Shown in pieces: positions 15,970-29,230 of a DNA stretch of 64,000 nt; position 1 is the first letter of the stretch, and the number at the start of each line of letters is the position of its first letter. The stretch is from NCBI GenBank assembly GCA_964016885.1, contig OZ024756.1, forward strand, positions 39,494,001-39,558,000, given 5' to 3'. Under the pieces are notes generated by a model. The model was given only the letters and a program-made list of their open reading frames with translations, searched no databases and was not told the DNA's origin. Position numbers and translations under genes: made by a program. The DNA is from Eledone cirrhosa. Taxonomy: Eukaryota.

Positions 15970-17929
15970 ATTCCTTATAAATAAAGTAATAAATATTTTT
16001 TATAACATTATATAATCCTGTGTGCTTCATCTATATTTGTTTTTATCTCTGATGACCAAAGACCCTAACTTTAGTTTCGTTTGTGCAACATCCCTAACAA
16101 ATAAACTATATTTATTTATTTATTCCATGTCTGTACCATTGATTGCATCTCTTTAAATCTAGATTTGTATTTGTATATTCATAATATTTATACAAAGTTT
16201 GATGTATGTTATATTTCGGAAAGTGTTCCTTTCTTCCATTTAATGCAAATATTTTGATCTTTACCAAAGCTACCATTTAATTCAGTTAAACCAGGAAATA
16301 CGTTCCTCTTTTTGACTAAACGAATGAATTCATACATGGCATACTTGCTACTATAAAACAGTATTTTGTACACATTTATTAGTGTTAATAATCTATGTAA
16401 TTCACTTATATGTTGAGCGATAAATACGACTTTATATGCAATGTACACTGTAAACATCATTAGTTCCCTATGTGGAGGGCTTAATATCGTTTTATGATAA
16501 TATAATGATGTTTATGTTGCAGTGTGCTGTTTATATCTGTCATATATTAGAATTTATATTATGTTATATTCAATGGTGTATATAGCGCTATCTATTTAAT
16601 GCTGACTTTAACATTTCTCCAACTGTCAACTGATAAAACTAAATGTAATATCGAAAACACGACTCACTTTGCAATTTTGATCCGACATTTAATGATACCT
16701 ATTTCAAAACCTTTCGTTGCTTAGTTAATGTTTATTGAAAGCTTTTTTGCTGTGGATTGATTTTCAAACCCTAATCCAGGTATCCTTTAGGCCAGAGATC
16801 TTCAAACCTTTTGGGTCACCGCCTCCCTGGCGGCCACGTAATACCCTCAGCGCCCCCAAATCTATTTCCAGAGAGACCTGCCTACACGTAAATTACAAAT
16901 AATATATAATAAATGAATTCGTTAATTTATATATAATAAATAATATAATATATACTATGTATAAATAAATATTATATATTTTTCATTTAATTATTTTCAT
17001 AATAAACATAGTTATCTATAATACGACAAAACCAACGATGAGGCAACACACGAGACTTGGACATGATTGGCCTCCATCCTACGGGGTTGTTATCTGTACA
17101 ACCCCCTAAACAGAATAATATACAATTCATTGTATATATGATTGCTTCCAATATATGATATTATAAACATGGATATATCACTCATGCGGTACAATAGATT
17201 AGACTCTAAACTTAACATGTAACATGTATACATTTATACATGTATATACATATACATGTATACATGTATACATGTATACATGTATACATGTATCTTCTCG
17301 TCGCCAGAACTATTCCATAGCTTGATATTGATAGTAATGTCTTTATAGACGTTCTTTTTACAATATTTTACAAGTAATGTTGGTTTTATTTTTATAATCG
17401 TAGTAGGTACGTATATAGTTTAGGATTATATGTATTCAGTTCCTTTATTCAGAGCTGTTGGTGTTCATCACCAATTGCCGTTTACTGCAGTTATTCCCAT
17501 TAGCATTTCTCTATGAATATATTAATATTACTTCCTTTTATAAATATCCACGTTTCTTAAAATGTTTCCTTTCAATCATGCTTGATTCTATTTATTTATG
17601 CTGAACATTCTTTCATTATCATTGGTACCTTCTAGAGAGTTTCCACTTGTTTATTTCATAGATTTCCCTTACAAAATTGTTTTCCTCAATACAGATATGT
17701 TATTTTCTACAAATTCTGTATTACATATTTTTTTATATTTGCACACTTTGTATAAAGTTTGCAGTAAATATCTTCAATTTCCGGAATTTATGTTCAGAAT
17801 CTATTTCCCTTCAGTAACTATTTTTCCCATTAAATTGGGAAATGATTGTTTATATCTGTCAAAATTGAGAATTTCTTTTTTCTTGTCAGTGTCTTAATTC
17901 TTGTTATACGTATTATTACCATTATTACT

Positions 17930-18616
17930 AGATTGGCAGAATCGATAGAGCGTTTGACGCCATGTTTTGCAGCATAGAGTTACGGGTCTTTACGATATGA
18001 GTTTAAATCCCGCCGAGGTTAACTTTGCTTTTCATCCTTACGGGGTCGATAAAATAAAGTACCAGTAATGTACTGATATAATTGCTGGCCTTGTGCCAAA
18101 AGTAGAAACTATTATTATTATTATTATTAGTTTTGATTTAGGCACAAGGCCAGCTATAATAATAAGTGTTTCTACTTTTGGCACAAGGCCAGCAATTACC
18201 CAGTGTATTACTGGTACTTTATTTTATCGACCCCATAAGGATGAAAGGCAAAGTTAACCTCGGCGGGATTTGAACTTAGAATGGAAAGGGCCGTAACTCT
18301 TTGCGTCAAAGCATGGCGTCCGACCCTCTACCGATACTACCAATCCACCGATGGTCTGTGATTATTATTGTTATTGTGACCCAAAATTGCTGGCCATGTG
18401 CCTAAATCAGAAACTACAGTATCGGTAGAGCGTCAGACACCCTGTTTTGCAGCATAGAGTTACGGTCCTTTAGGGTCTAAGTTCAAATCCTGTCGAGGTT
18501 AGTTAGGCCTTTCATTCTTACGGGGTCGATAAAATAAAGTACCAGTAATGTACTGGGGTCGATTTAATCGACTTTCCCCTCCCCTTAAATTACTGGCCTT
18601 GTGCCTATACTAGAAA

Positions 18617-18653
<37 letters not shown>

Positions 18654-18872
18654 TATATTGCGTTCAATAGTCTCAGAACCAATATAACATATTTGTTTCT
18701 ACTTTGGGCACAAGGCCAGCAATTACCCAATGCATTACTGGTACTTTATTTTATCGACCCCATAAGGATGAAAGGCAAAGTTAACCTCGGCGGAATATGA
18801 ACTCAGACCATAAAGGGCCGTAACTCTTTGCTGCAAAGCATGGCGTCCGACCCTCTACCGATACTGCCAATC
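17930..18872. mobile_element. Cluster of four SINE A copies in alternating orientation, plus stubs
   Basis: 17930-18125 (+), 18165-18350 (-), 18417-18650 (+), 18693-18872 (-). Confidence 0.88.
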
Positions 18873-19734
18873 AATGGTAGCAGAGTATGTGGTATTTATC
18901 GATGGCAGATCAAAATATTTGTGCTTCATGTTACTGCTGTCTTTTCTCTTTTTTTATATAGTTCAAAGTCATTTTCAGTGATGGGGCTTTTTACTTATGT
19001 GCATTTGTTGGCAATTTTCTAAGCTGATAGATTTATCAGTTAATATGAGAAAACATTCAATGTAGTTTGAGTTGATTTATTGATATTTTTAAAAATTTCA
19101 TTTCTCTGAATGTTGTTAATTTTAATATTTTGCGTTGCATGAAATCAGATTTTCTGTGATAATTTTGTATTTGCTCAGCTATTAGTCTGGTAATATTAGT
19201 AAATCAGATGTTCTCCTGTTTCAATTATATATATATATATATATTTCGTGTATATATTTTATTTATTTGTTGTGAGATTCATAAATCATAATTTAAGAAG
19301 TCTCGAGTTTCCATCTTCATTTATACGACGGTTAATCTAATTTTTTTTCATCCGTTGATCGATTTTATGTCTACACGATAATACATTACGATGAAGGATG
19401 TAGTTGTGCATTACAAAAATACTTTCCCCCAAATTACTGTTATCCATTATCCATATTAGTCCAAGACTATTTTCTTTGTCGCAAGAGGGTCAATGTTTTC
19501 TTTCCAAAATTCATTTTTTTTTATTTCCATGCTCCTATATAAATATCTTATATTTATATAATTATATTTTGTCCATAACGTAGGTTTGATGTGCGATAAA
19601 ACAATATCGTGTTGAATATGTAGCTTGAATAAACAGAGTATTTTCGCTTATGCGAATTTCAGGATTTAATTTAGTAACACCGACTATATACCATATATAT
19701 ACATATATACACACAGACACATATATATATATAA

Positions 19735-19781
<47 letters not shown>

Positions 19782-19784
<3 letters not shown>

Positions 19785-19971
19785 CGAAGGAAATGTGGTA
19801 AGGAACCAGATGGACCATAACGCACCAAAGTACTCAATACTTAGGGTAGTAGAGTGGGTAATAGGAACGAGTAGGACCCCGACGACTGAGCTCAAGACGT
19901 TTCGACGGCTACTTCTGTCCAGAATTAGCCGTCGAAACGGCTTAAGCTCATCAGTCGGGGTCCTACTCGTT

Positions 19972-19976
<5 letters not shown>
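19782..19976 (-). mobile_element. Fold-back PLE-like mini-element, family B (ATAACGAAGG... end)
   Basis: Flanked by (TA)n; inverted arms span 19861-19976 and contain the hammerhead 3' half. Homologous copies at 14176-14298, 28050-28242, 38323-38598, 60208-60405 and a fragment at 54594-54645. Confidence 0.75.
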
Positions 19977-20044
<68 letters not shown>

Positions 20045-20058
20045 GTATATATGTATAT

Positions 20059-20126
<68 letters not shown>

Positions 20127-20154
20127 ATATGTATATATGTTTCGTTGGCTCTAA

Positions 20155-20312
20155 TGCTTTCCAGCATAGTTACGCCCCTTTACGATCTGAGTTCAAATCT
20201 CGCCGAGGTTTACTTTGCCTTTCATCCTTACGGGGTCGATAAAATAAAGTACCAGTAATGCACTGGGTAATTGCTGGCCTTGTGCCTAAAGTAGAAACAA
20301 TTATTATTATTA
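20155..20312 (+). mobile_element. 5'-truncated SINE family A
   Basis: Box B, central domain and ATT tail. Confidence 0.85.
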
Positions 20313-20819
20313 TCATTTAAAATGTGTTACCTTAGAGCCAACGAAATCTAATTTGATAAACTTCTAACTTCCCATCGTTTGTCAGATAGCCGATGGAATA
20401 TGTTAAATACATTGAAGCAGTTTACATTGGCCTAAGGTCAGCCAGGTTGAATCAAAGAATATCCACTTTATATTTACTGTGTTCAGTTATTTAAATAACT
20501 ATAGACATCGGGATTCAAGTCTACAAAATCACTCATACATTTTTATGCTCATAAAAATGTATGAGTGATTTTGTAGGCGTGAATCCCGATGTCTATAGTT
20601 ATTTAAATAACTGAACACAGTAAATATAAAGTGGATATTCTTTGATTCAACCTGGTTGACCTTAGGTCAAACTTTAAACTGCTTCAATGTATTTAACATA
20701 TTCCATCGGCTATCTGACAAACGATGGGAAGTTAGAAGTTTATCAAATTAGGTTTCGTTGGCTCTAAGGTAACACATTTTAAATGATAATAATAATAATT
20801 GTTTCTACTTTTGGCACAA
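20280..20819. repeat. 540-bp near-perfect palindrome
   Basis: Arms 20280-20547 / 20550-20819 with a 2-nt loop (ct) and a few mismatches. Confidence 0.92.
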
Positions 20820-20841
20820 TAATAATAGTAGTTATATATAC

Positions 20842-20894
<53 letters not shown>

Positions 20895-21283
20895 AGTGTG
20901 TGTGTATATATGTGTGTGTGTGTATATATATATATGTGTGTGTGTATATATATGTGTGAGTGTATATATATATGAGTGTGTGTGTATATATATATGTGTG
21001 TGTGTGTGTATATATATATATGTGTGTATATACATATATATAAATATGTATATATATATGTGTGTATATACATATATATATATATATATGTATATATATA
21101 TGTGTGTGTATATATATATGTATATATATATATATGTGTATATATATGTATATATATGTATATATATATGTATATGTATATATGTGTATATATATATGTA
21201 TATATATGTATATATATATATATGTGTATATATATATGTATATATATATATATGTATATATATGTATATATATATATGCGTAT

Positions 21284-21331
<48 letters not shown>

Positions 21332-21384
21332 GTATATATATGTATATATATATATATATGTATGTATATATATGTATATATAAA

Positions 21385-21437
<53 letters not shown>

Positions 21438-21512
21438 ATATATGTATATATATAAATATATGTATATATACAGTATATATATATACGTATGTATATATAT
21501 ATTTCCTAGATT

Positions 21513-21565
<53 letters not shown>

Positions 21566-21600
21566 TATACCGATTGTGTTGTTATTTCTGTTTACCTTTT

Positions 21601-21652
<52 letters not shown>

Positions 21653-21840
21653 AAGTTAATATGCCCACGGGTACTAAGTACCCCTGGAAATATATAGGGT
21701 GTCTATGAAACAGGGTTGTTCAATGGCATTACTTGGACATACCAGAACTATAATATTGAGATAAGCAGAATAAGCAAAATTCCAAGAATTTTTTTTTAAA
21801 TATTTTAAAAAATATAATTCAAATATTTACTCACCCCAGA

Positions 21841-21921
21841 GCTCTTACTGATCAGTTTCACTTCACAAAACATTAGAAATCCATGGGATCTCCAATGGAA
21901 AAGAGAAGATCTTCGGAAAGC
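21841..21921 (-). ncRNA. Type I hammerhead motif (U4C core)
   Basis: Stem I GCTTT/AGAGC, CCGAAGA, stem II CTTC/GAAG, GAAA, palindromic stem III ACTGATCAGT, GUA. Confidence 0.75.
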
Positions 21922-22063
21922 ATTTTCCTTTCCTAGGGCAAAAAGTCCCAGGAACGGCAAAATATATTGCCTTCTACTAGCTGGGGTGAGTAAATATTTG
22001 AATTATATTTTTTTTTATTTTTTTTTTTAGATTGTTTGAATTTTGCTTATTCTGCTTATCTCA

Positions 22064-22097
<34 letters not shown>

Positions 22098-22366
22098 ATA
22101 CTTGGGGAGGGTCATATTTGTGTAATATTGCCAGAATTAATAACAGAACACACTCAATATATATATTCGAAAATCGTAGCTAGCGGTCATAACGTTTCTA
22201 ATTTCAGTAACTTTGTCCTAAATTCAGCATGAGTTAATAAATTTAATACATATACACGACGAAATATTAGATACCGTGAAATTAAAATCAGGTTTGTAGC
22301 CAGTCAAATGATACTTCAAGTACACCCTTCATATTCTTGAAAATCTAACATCTTTCTTCATAAAAT

Positions 22367-22553
22367 TAATTGTTTCCATTTTTGACACAAGGCCAGCAAG
22401 TACCCAGTACATTACTGGTACTTTATTTTATCGACCCCGTAAGGATGAAAGGCAAAGTTAACCTCGGCGGGATTTGAACTCAGACCATAAAGGGCCGTAA
22501 CTCTTTGCTGCAAAGCATGGCGTCCGACCCTCTATCGATACTGCCAATCCACC
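22367..22553 (-). mobile_element. SINE family A with TSD
   Basis: Flanking repeat tttcttcataaaattaat. Confidence 0.88.
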
Positions 22554-23249
22554 AATTTTCTTCATAAAATTAATATTTGATAATCGATGATCGTCGCCTC
22601 ATTTACAAATTGTAGGATAACATCTTGAAAACTATAAACACAATACGCAAGGATTGAGCAGCGAATGAACAACATCTTTTGATTGAAGTCAGACATAAAA
22701 TCTCTAGTGTTCCTCAAAGCCTATCCTTTTTTTTCTTTCTCTGTCGTTTTTATACGTTTGTTCATACTTCAACAAGCATTACTTAACGAATATAACAGCT
22801 GAAACTATGTCAATGTTGACAAAGATATACATATAGAGATAATCAGTGTAAAAGTGATCTTCCAATATAAATATATTCCTTTGTGTACAATTGACAATCT
22901 TGAGTTCTATTTTGATGTTAAACTTGGCACAATTATTGCCTCAATCGCTTTATAGTATCTCTTTCTCCAGCTCTAGATGTTAGCCGTATACCTGCCATTA
23001 TCTTACATCCGACTACTGAAGCTAGCAAAGCAAACAGTTCAATTCTTCTGGGATTATTAGTAGTGAATCTCTAGTGGTGTGCAATGTGGAGTAGAGTTAC
23101 AGAAATGGATACAGAAGAAGGAGAGAAGAGACATATTCTTATATACATAGATACATGGTAGGAGTAGACAGATAACGTAAGTAGGAGGAAAACGACTGAA
23201 GTAAAAGGGTCAGCAAAATAGATATTTGTTTTGAGAAAAACAAGTAGAA

Positions 23250-23283
<34 letters not shown>

Positions 23284-23287
<4 letters not shown>

Positions 23288-23336
23288 TTCTACAGTACTA
23301 CAACTGTTTCATTCTTTAGAAATCATCAGGAATCTC
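23284..23336 (-). ncRNA. Type I hammerhead ribozyme motif
   Basis: GAGATTC CTGATGA tTTC-taaa-GAAt GAAA CAG-8nt-CTG T A GAATCTC; perfect 7-bp stem I. An inverted, partly decayed twin lies at 23341-23387 (+). Confidence 0.85.
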
Positions 23337-23468
23337 GAATCCTGATGATTTCTAAAGAATGAAATAGTTCTAGTCCTGTAGAATCTCATCTATATTAAAA
23401 CTTTTATACTCTGCAATGTATTGAGTACCTTACTTACTGTGGTTACCTCCGATTCAACCCGGAATAAC

Positions 23469-23556
<88 letters not shown>

Positions 23557-23664
23557 GTATATAAGCAGAAGGGATATTCAATGTGTTGGTAATTCAACAA
23601 ATATAAATGTTTACATCTATATATATGTATATATATATGTAAAAGGTAAATAGAAATAACAACG

Positions 23665-23721
<57 letters not shown>

Positions 23722-23936
23722 GGATGTGAGTTTTATTGTAGTACAATAAAGTAATGCAGATATCGGATAAGAAGCACTCTACAGTTTGTGGGACTGGAGT
23801 ATGCATAATATAAGATCAAAAGATGGTTAAAGGAGTTCCATATATTTTATTATGCGCATTTCAAAAACAAAAACATATGTTGATTTAAAACTGCACTATC
23901 AACAAGTGTTTTTTAGCCTTCATATCATGTTCTCCT

Positions 23937-24003
23937 GTTTTATCTGATGAAAACACAAATATTATTGTTTGATGATGTTTGTTTTTGAAATGCGCATAAT
24001 ATA
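23937..24003 (+). ncRNA. Type I hammerhead ribozyme motif
   Basis: gttttat CTGATGA, stem II AAACACAAAT/GTTTGTTTTT, GAAA, palindromic stem III ATGCGCAT, AUA triplet. Confidence 0.7.
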
Positions 24004-24036
24004 ATATATGGAACTCCTTTAACCATCTTTTGATCT

Positions 24037-24075
<39 letters not shown>

Positions 24076-24154
24076 TTATACTATCTTAATATATTTATAT
24101 ATATATATATTCATTATACTATCTTAATATATTTATATATATATATATATATAT

Positions 24155-24189
<35 letters not shown>

Positions 24190-24254
24190 TTAAAATAACA
24201 GATTAAAGTTTAAGCAAAGAATCGCTGCTTTCACCCTTAATAGGATCTTCTGTA

Positions 24255-24306
24255 TTTCCGAAGATCCCGTTAAGGGTGAATGAAAGCAGTGATTCTTTGC
24301 TTAAAC
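24255..24306 (+). ncRNA. Degenerate hammerhead motif (U4C core, duplicated TGAA)
   Basis: ttt CCGAAGA tCCC-gttaa-GGGt (gaat)GAAA GCA..TGC T T aaa. Inverted twin at 24206-24252; a 3'-half copy at about 1900-1950. Confidence 0.5.
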
Positions 24307-24326
24307 TTCACGTTATTACTATATAT

Positions 24327-24358
<32 letters not shown>

Positions 24359-24368
24359 TATATATATA

Positions 24369-24442
<74 letters not shown>

Positions 24443-24548
24443 GTGCGACGAACTAACAAAAGTATCTTTTATTTTTCTTAATAAGACTATAATGTTCTCC
24501 GGGTCTGTCTTCTTTTATATCTATTATCTATATATACGTGTGTGCGCC

Positions 24549-24636
<88 letters not shown>

Positions 24637-24940
24637 CATGTGCAGTTTTCCATTATCATAATTGTAGCATAAAACTCGCTTGTCATTATATCCTCACACG
24701 CATCTAAGTTTCAACTAATTATAGAATAATTAAACTTTAACATACCTCAGTATTATCAACATAACATGACGGCGATGCAATTTTCACAGCCACTTTATTG
24801 ATATTTGTTTACTCGCAGAGATATAATTGTTGAATGAGAAATAATACCAACCCTCAGGGCATGCAATCTCATTCCAAATTTACAAGACAACACGGCGGAA
24901 AATATTTGCCACTGTTCTACGAAATTAACACAATTTTTAT

Positions 24941-25470
24941 TGGTGGATTGGCAATATTTGTAGAGCGTCAGACACCTTGCTTTGCAGCATTGAGTTATGG
25001 CCTTTTACGTTCTGGGTTCAAATCCCGCCGAGGTTAACTTTGCCTTTCATCCTTACGGGGTCGATAAAATAAAGTACCAGCCACGCACTGGGGTCGATTT
25101 GATCGACTTTCCCCCCCCCAAAAAAAATTGCTGGCTTTGTGCCTATATAAGAAACAATTATTAGCAGCATAGATTACGGCCCTTTATGATCTGAGTTCAA
25201 ATCCCGCCGAGGTTAACTTTGCCTTTACGGGGTCGATAAAATAAAGCACCAGTAATGGATTGGTAGAACCTGTAGAGTGTCGGACAACAAGCTTTGTGAC
25301 ATAGTGTTACGGCCGTTTACGTTCTGAATTCAAATCCTGCCGAGGTTAGCTTTGCCTTTCATCTTTACGGGGTCGATAAAATAAAGTACCAATCACGCAC
25401 TGGGGTCGATTTAATCGACTTTCCCCTCCCCAAAACTTGTTGGCCTTGTGCCTAAATCCGAAACCATCAT
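24941..25470 (+). mobile_element. Three head-to-tail SINE A copies
   Basis: About 24941-25162, 25163-25254 and 25255-25470; another copy at 25700-25915. Confidence 0.85.
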
Positions 25471-26261
25471 TGGTTTCAGTGTTTGGACTTTTACGTTCGA
25501 TCTCCACTTATTGATCGGCTCCTATACCGATTTATATTTTACAATAAAGTAATTAACATTAAGACTTGATTGCAAGTAATCTTTGTGGATCATAATTGAT
25601 ATAAAAAATCGCTACTTTTTGCCTGAAATGTCTCAAAAATCTACCATGCGTCCTGGAGGCTGAAGGTTGTTTATTATTTTTTTTTCAAATTTGAGGGCAG
25701 TGGATTGGCAGTATCGGTAGTCGGTCGGACGTCATGCTTTGCAGCATAGATTTACGGCCCTTTATTATCTGAGTTCAAATCCCGCCGAGGTTAACTTTGC
25801 CTTTCATCCTTACCGGGTCGATAAGATAAAGTACCAGTCACGCACTGGGGTCGATTTAATCGACTTTCCCCTCCCCAAAATTGCTGGCCTTGTGCCTATG
25901 TAAGAAACCATTATTCTTTTTCAAATTTTTGGTTATAAAAATTTAAATGAGTCCTCGAGGACTTTGTCTTTCATCCTTACGGGGTCTTTAGCGCCGGGAA
26001 ATACGGTATTTTCTTAAGAAAGTATATTTATTTCTGAAGCGTTTGATTTATGAGACGGTGTAGATTGGTTAATATCTCTTACTAAATGGCCAGTTTTGGG
26101 AGAGAATCGATATAAAACTTTGATTTATATGCTTCTCGTTTTTTATTGTCAATTATATAATCTATTATTTTCCATTTTTCTTAAAGAATAAACGATCTTA
26201 AAGACCTTACTAAATATAAGACATATTATATCAATAATAATATTCTATTATGGAAAGACTG

Positions 26262-26463
26262 CAATGGTGGGTTGAAACGTTCATAGGCTGAGTATGGAGG
26301 AGTGATGCTAGAGGTGTGAAATCTTGTATGCATTAATTCCAACTCTTCTTATTAATAACTGCATTGTTTGTTTCTAGGGACTATATTGAAAAACATAAAC
26401 CTCATTTGGTCATTCCATGAGAGTATCTTGGTCAACTAATGAACTTTTCAGCCGACCTTCGTA
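26262..26463 (+). mobile_element. Internally deleted mariner element
   Basis: Degenerate TIRs (ggtgggttgaaacgttcat / atgaacttttcagccgaccttcg|TA) and the transposase C-terminal codons GDYIEK at about 26377-26394. Confidence 0.65.
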
Positions 26464-26503
26464 CGTTTGCAAATCTCAAACAAATTTTATTTAATATGCT
26501 ATA

Positions 26504-26613
<110 letters not shown>

Positions 26614-26814
26614 AAGAGTGAAGAATAACATGGCCGGCGATACAAAAAGGGTTTTATTTACAGTATTAACAATTGTTAAAATAGTTATGTTGCATATTTA
26701 TACGACTAATAAAAAGGGGAAGAAAAATTATTAGTTTTTACAAACATATTTAGAGAGAAGAATTCATATCTCTGTCCGTGTTTCTCCTTCATTCTCTGTT
26801 AGTTGGTTGCTATG

Positions 26815-26995
<181 letters not shown>

Positions 26996-26996
26996 A

Positions 26997-27204
26997 GTCG
27001 CGTAGCTGAGTGGTAAGAGAACTGCATTCGCAATCATGAGGTTATCAGTTATCCTTGAACAGGCGATGCGTTATGTCCTTGAGCAAGACACTTTATTTCA
27101 CGTTGCTCCTTCTACCTGGAGTTGCGACCGATAGATAGTATTAGCAATTGGAAAGACCAACGGAAACATTGTTTCCTCAGTCCGATTTGACGAAAGTCAT
27201 TCGA
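26997..27204 (+). mobile_element. tRNA-derived CORE-like SINE, short 3' body
   Basis: tagctgagtggtaag head and tccttgagcaagacactttatttcacgttgctcc. Reverse copies at about 11015-11171 and 49157-49288; fragment at 1977-2047. Confidence 0.8.
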
Positions 27205-27786
27205 GAAAAAAAAGACTTATATATATAGAGAGAGAGAGGTTATATTATAAAATATATAAGTTTCTTTACATCTTAAGGATAATATAACGTAATCTTATTA
27301 AAATCCCACATCTTTTTTATATTAATACAATTACTATGATAATGAGTTTAGATATATTAGGTCAATTTAATACGAGGTTTCATATGTACATGACATGAAT
27401 ATAACAAATGATAAATACAATTATAGTTTAATTCGTGTTTTAATTCGTCTTATCAGATAATTAGATTGAAATATTGAAATTCACTGAGAAATAAAATAAA
27501 AGACAAATACATTGAAAGTTAGTGGCCGAGTTATTTCCATATGTTTGGCCTCATTAGTAGGTTGCCATTTCTAAAAATTATAAGTTCATATGTACCTTTA
27601 TTATTCCTACGGTTATTCACCAGTTGGTATTTACATTAACCTCCTAACGTTCACCAAACGAAACACCAGAACGTTTGATTCGCTTTTTGCTGCAACATTT
27701 TTCAAAAATATATTTGCTTCTTTCAAAGAACTTTAACTGCATATATCTCATTGAATCTGTATATGTATTGCATCTCTCTCTCTCTA

Positions 27787-27824
<38 letters not shown>

Positions 27825-27846
27825 TTTCTCTCTCTATCTCTATCTA

Positions 27847-28242
<396 letters not shown>

Positions 28243-28243
28243 A

Positions 28244-28294
<51 letters not shown>

Positions 28295-28699
28295 CTCTCT
28301 CTTTCTCTCTCTCTCTATATATATATGTATATATATATGTGTGTGTATATATATATATGTGTGTATATATGTGCGTGTATATATGTATATAATATATATA
28401 TATATATGTGTGTGTGTGGGGTGTATATATATATATATATATTTGAGTTTATAAACTGCTATGCTTTCATACGAAGCATTGTGCGTTCCTTAGCTCGTTG
28501 TAGGGATAAATGCATTGTATCTATTTTATAGCTTTTATACTAATATTTCACAACTTGCAGTTGATTGGCATAACCTGATGTATTGTAAAGAATTGTTGTT
28601 TGTATTGAGTCTGTTTTACACCGAAGTAATGCGTACTCTTGAGTTAGTCAGTAAGGGATTTCTGTTCCACTCTTTCTCGTTTATTAATAAGAAAACACT

Positions 28700-29230
28700 G
28701 GGTAATGCTTGCATTTATGTATCAGCTATATCTTTTATTCACAAATATTGGAATTTATATTTACTGCAGCCCGTCCCTATTTGCATTCCTCTTGGAATAT
28801 ATTAATACAATTTCCTTGTATTACTGTTTAAGATTCTTAGGAGGCTTTCTTTTGTTTGATTCTATTTTCTGTGCTGATTTTTGCTGAAGTTTTTTTCGTG
28901 TTCATCAGTACCTTTTGGAATGTTTATATTTTCTATTTTCTTTTCGTCTGTTTCCTTACAAAATTGCTTCCTGATATATAGAGATACGTTATTGTGTACA
29001 AATCGCTTCTTACATATTTCGAATATTTACACTGTTTGTGTAAATATTTGACCCTTTTGATGAAAACATCTTTAATTTCCGGTGTTGTAATGGTAATTTA
29101 TTATTTTTCTCGTATATATGCTAACCACAACACCCACCTAGCCCTGCCGTATCCTTATTGTAGGCCATGATCGTTGTTGGTTGTGTATGTTGTATCTATC
29201 TGTCAAAATATTTGCTGTCAATATTTTCTA
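28700..29230 (-). pseudogene. Old repeat, possibly a decayed PLE ORF (diverged homolog at about 17440-17900)
   Basis: Shares collinear blocks with 17440-17900 (tttactgcag..gaatatattaata; tacaaat..ttacatattt; tctgtcaaaat); reverse peptides KYLH, ICT and KRKPPKNLKQ. Confidence 0.3.

Noticed and set aside
16793-16860. hAT-like terminus (cagagatcttcaaacctttt); also a pogo-like end ggaaatacggta at about 25997-26008
   Set aside because: Single ends only, with no partner TIR or TSD found.
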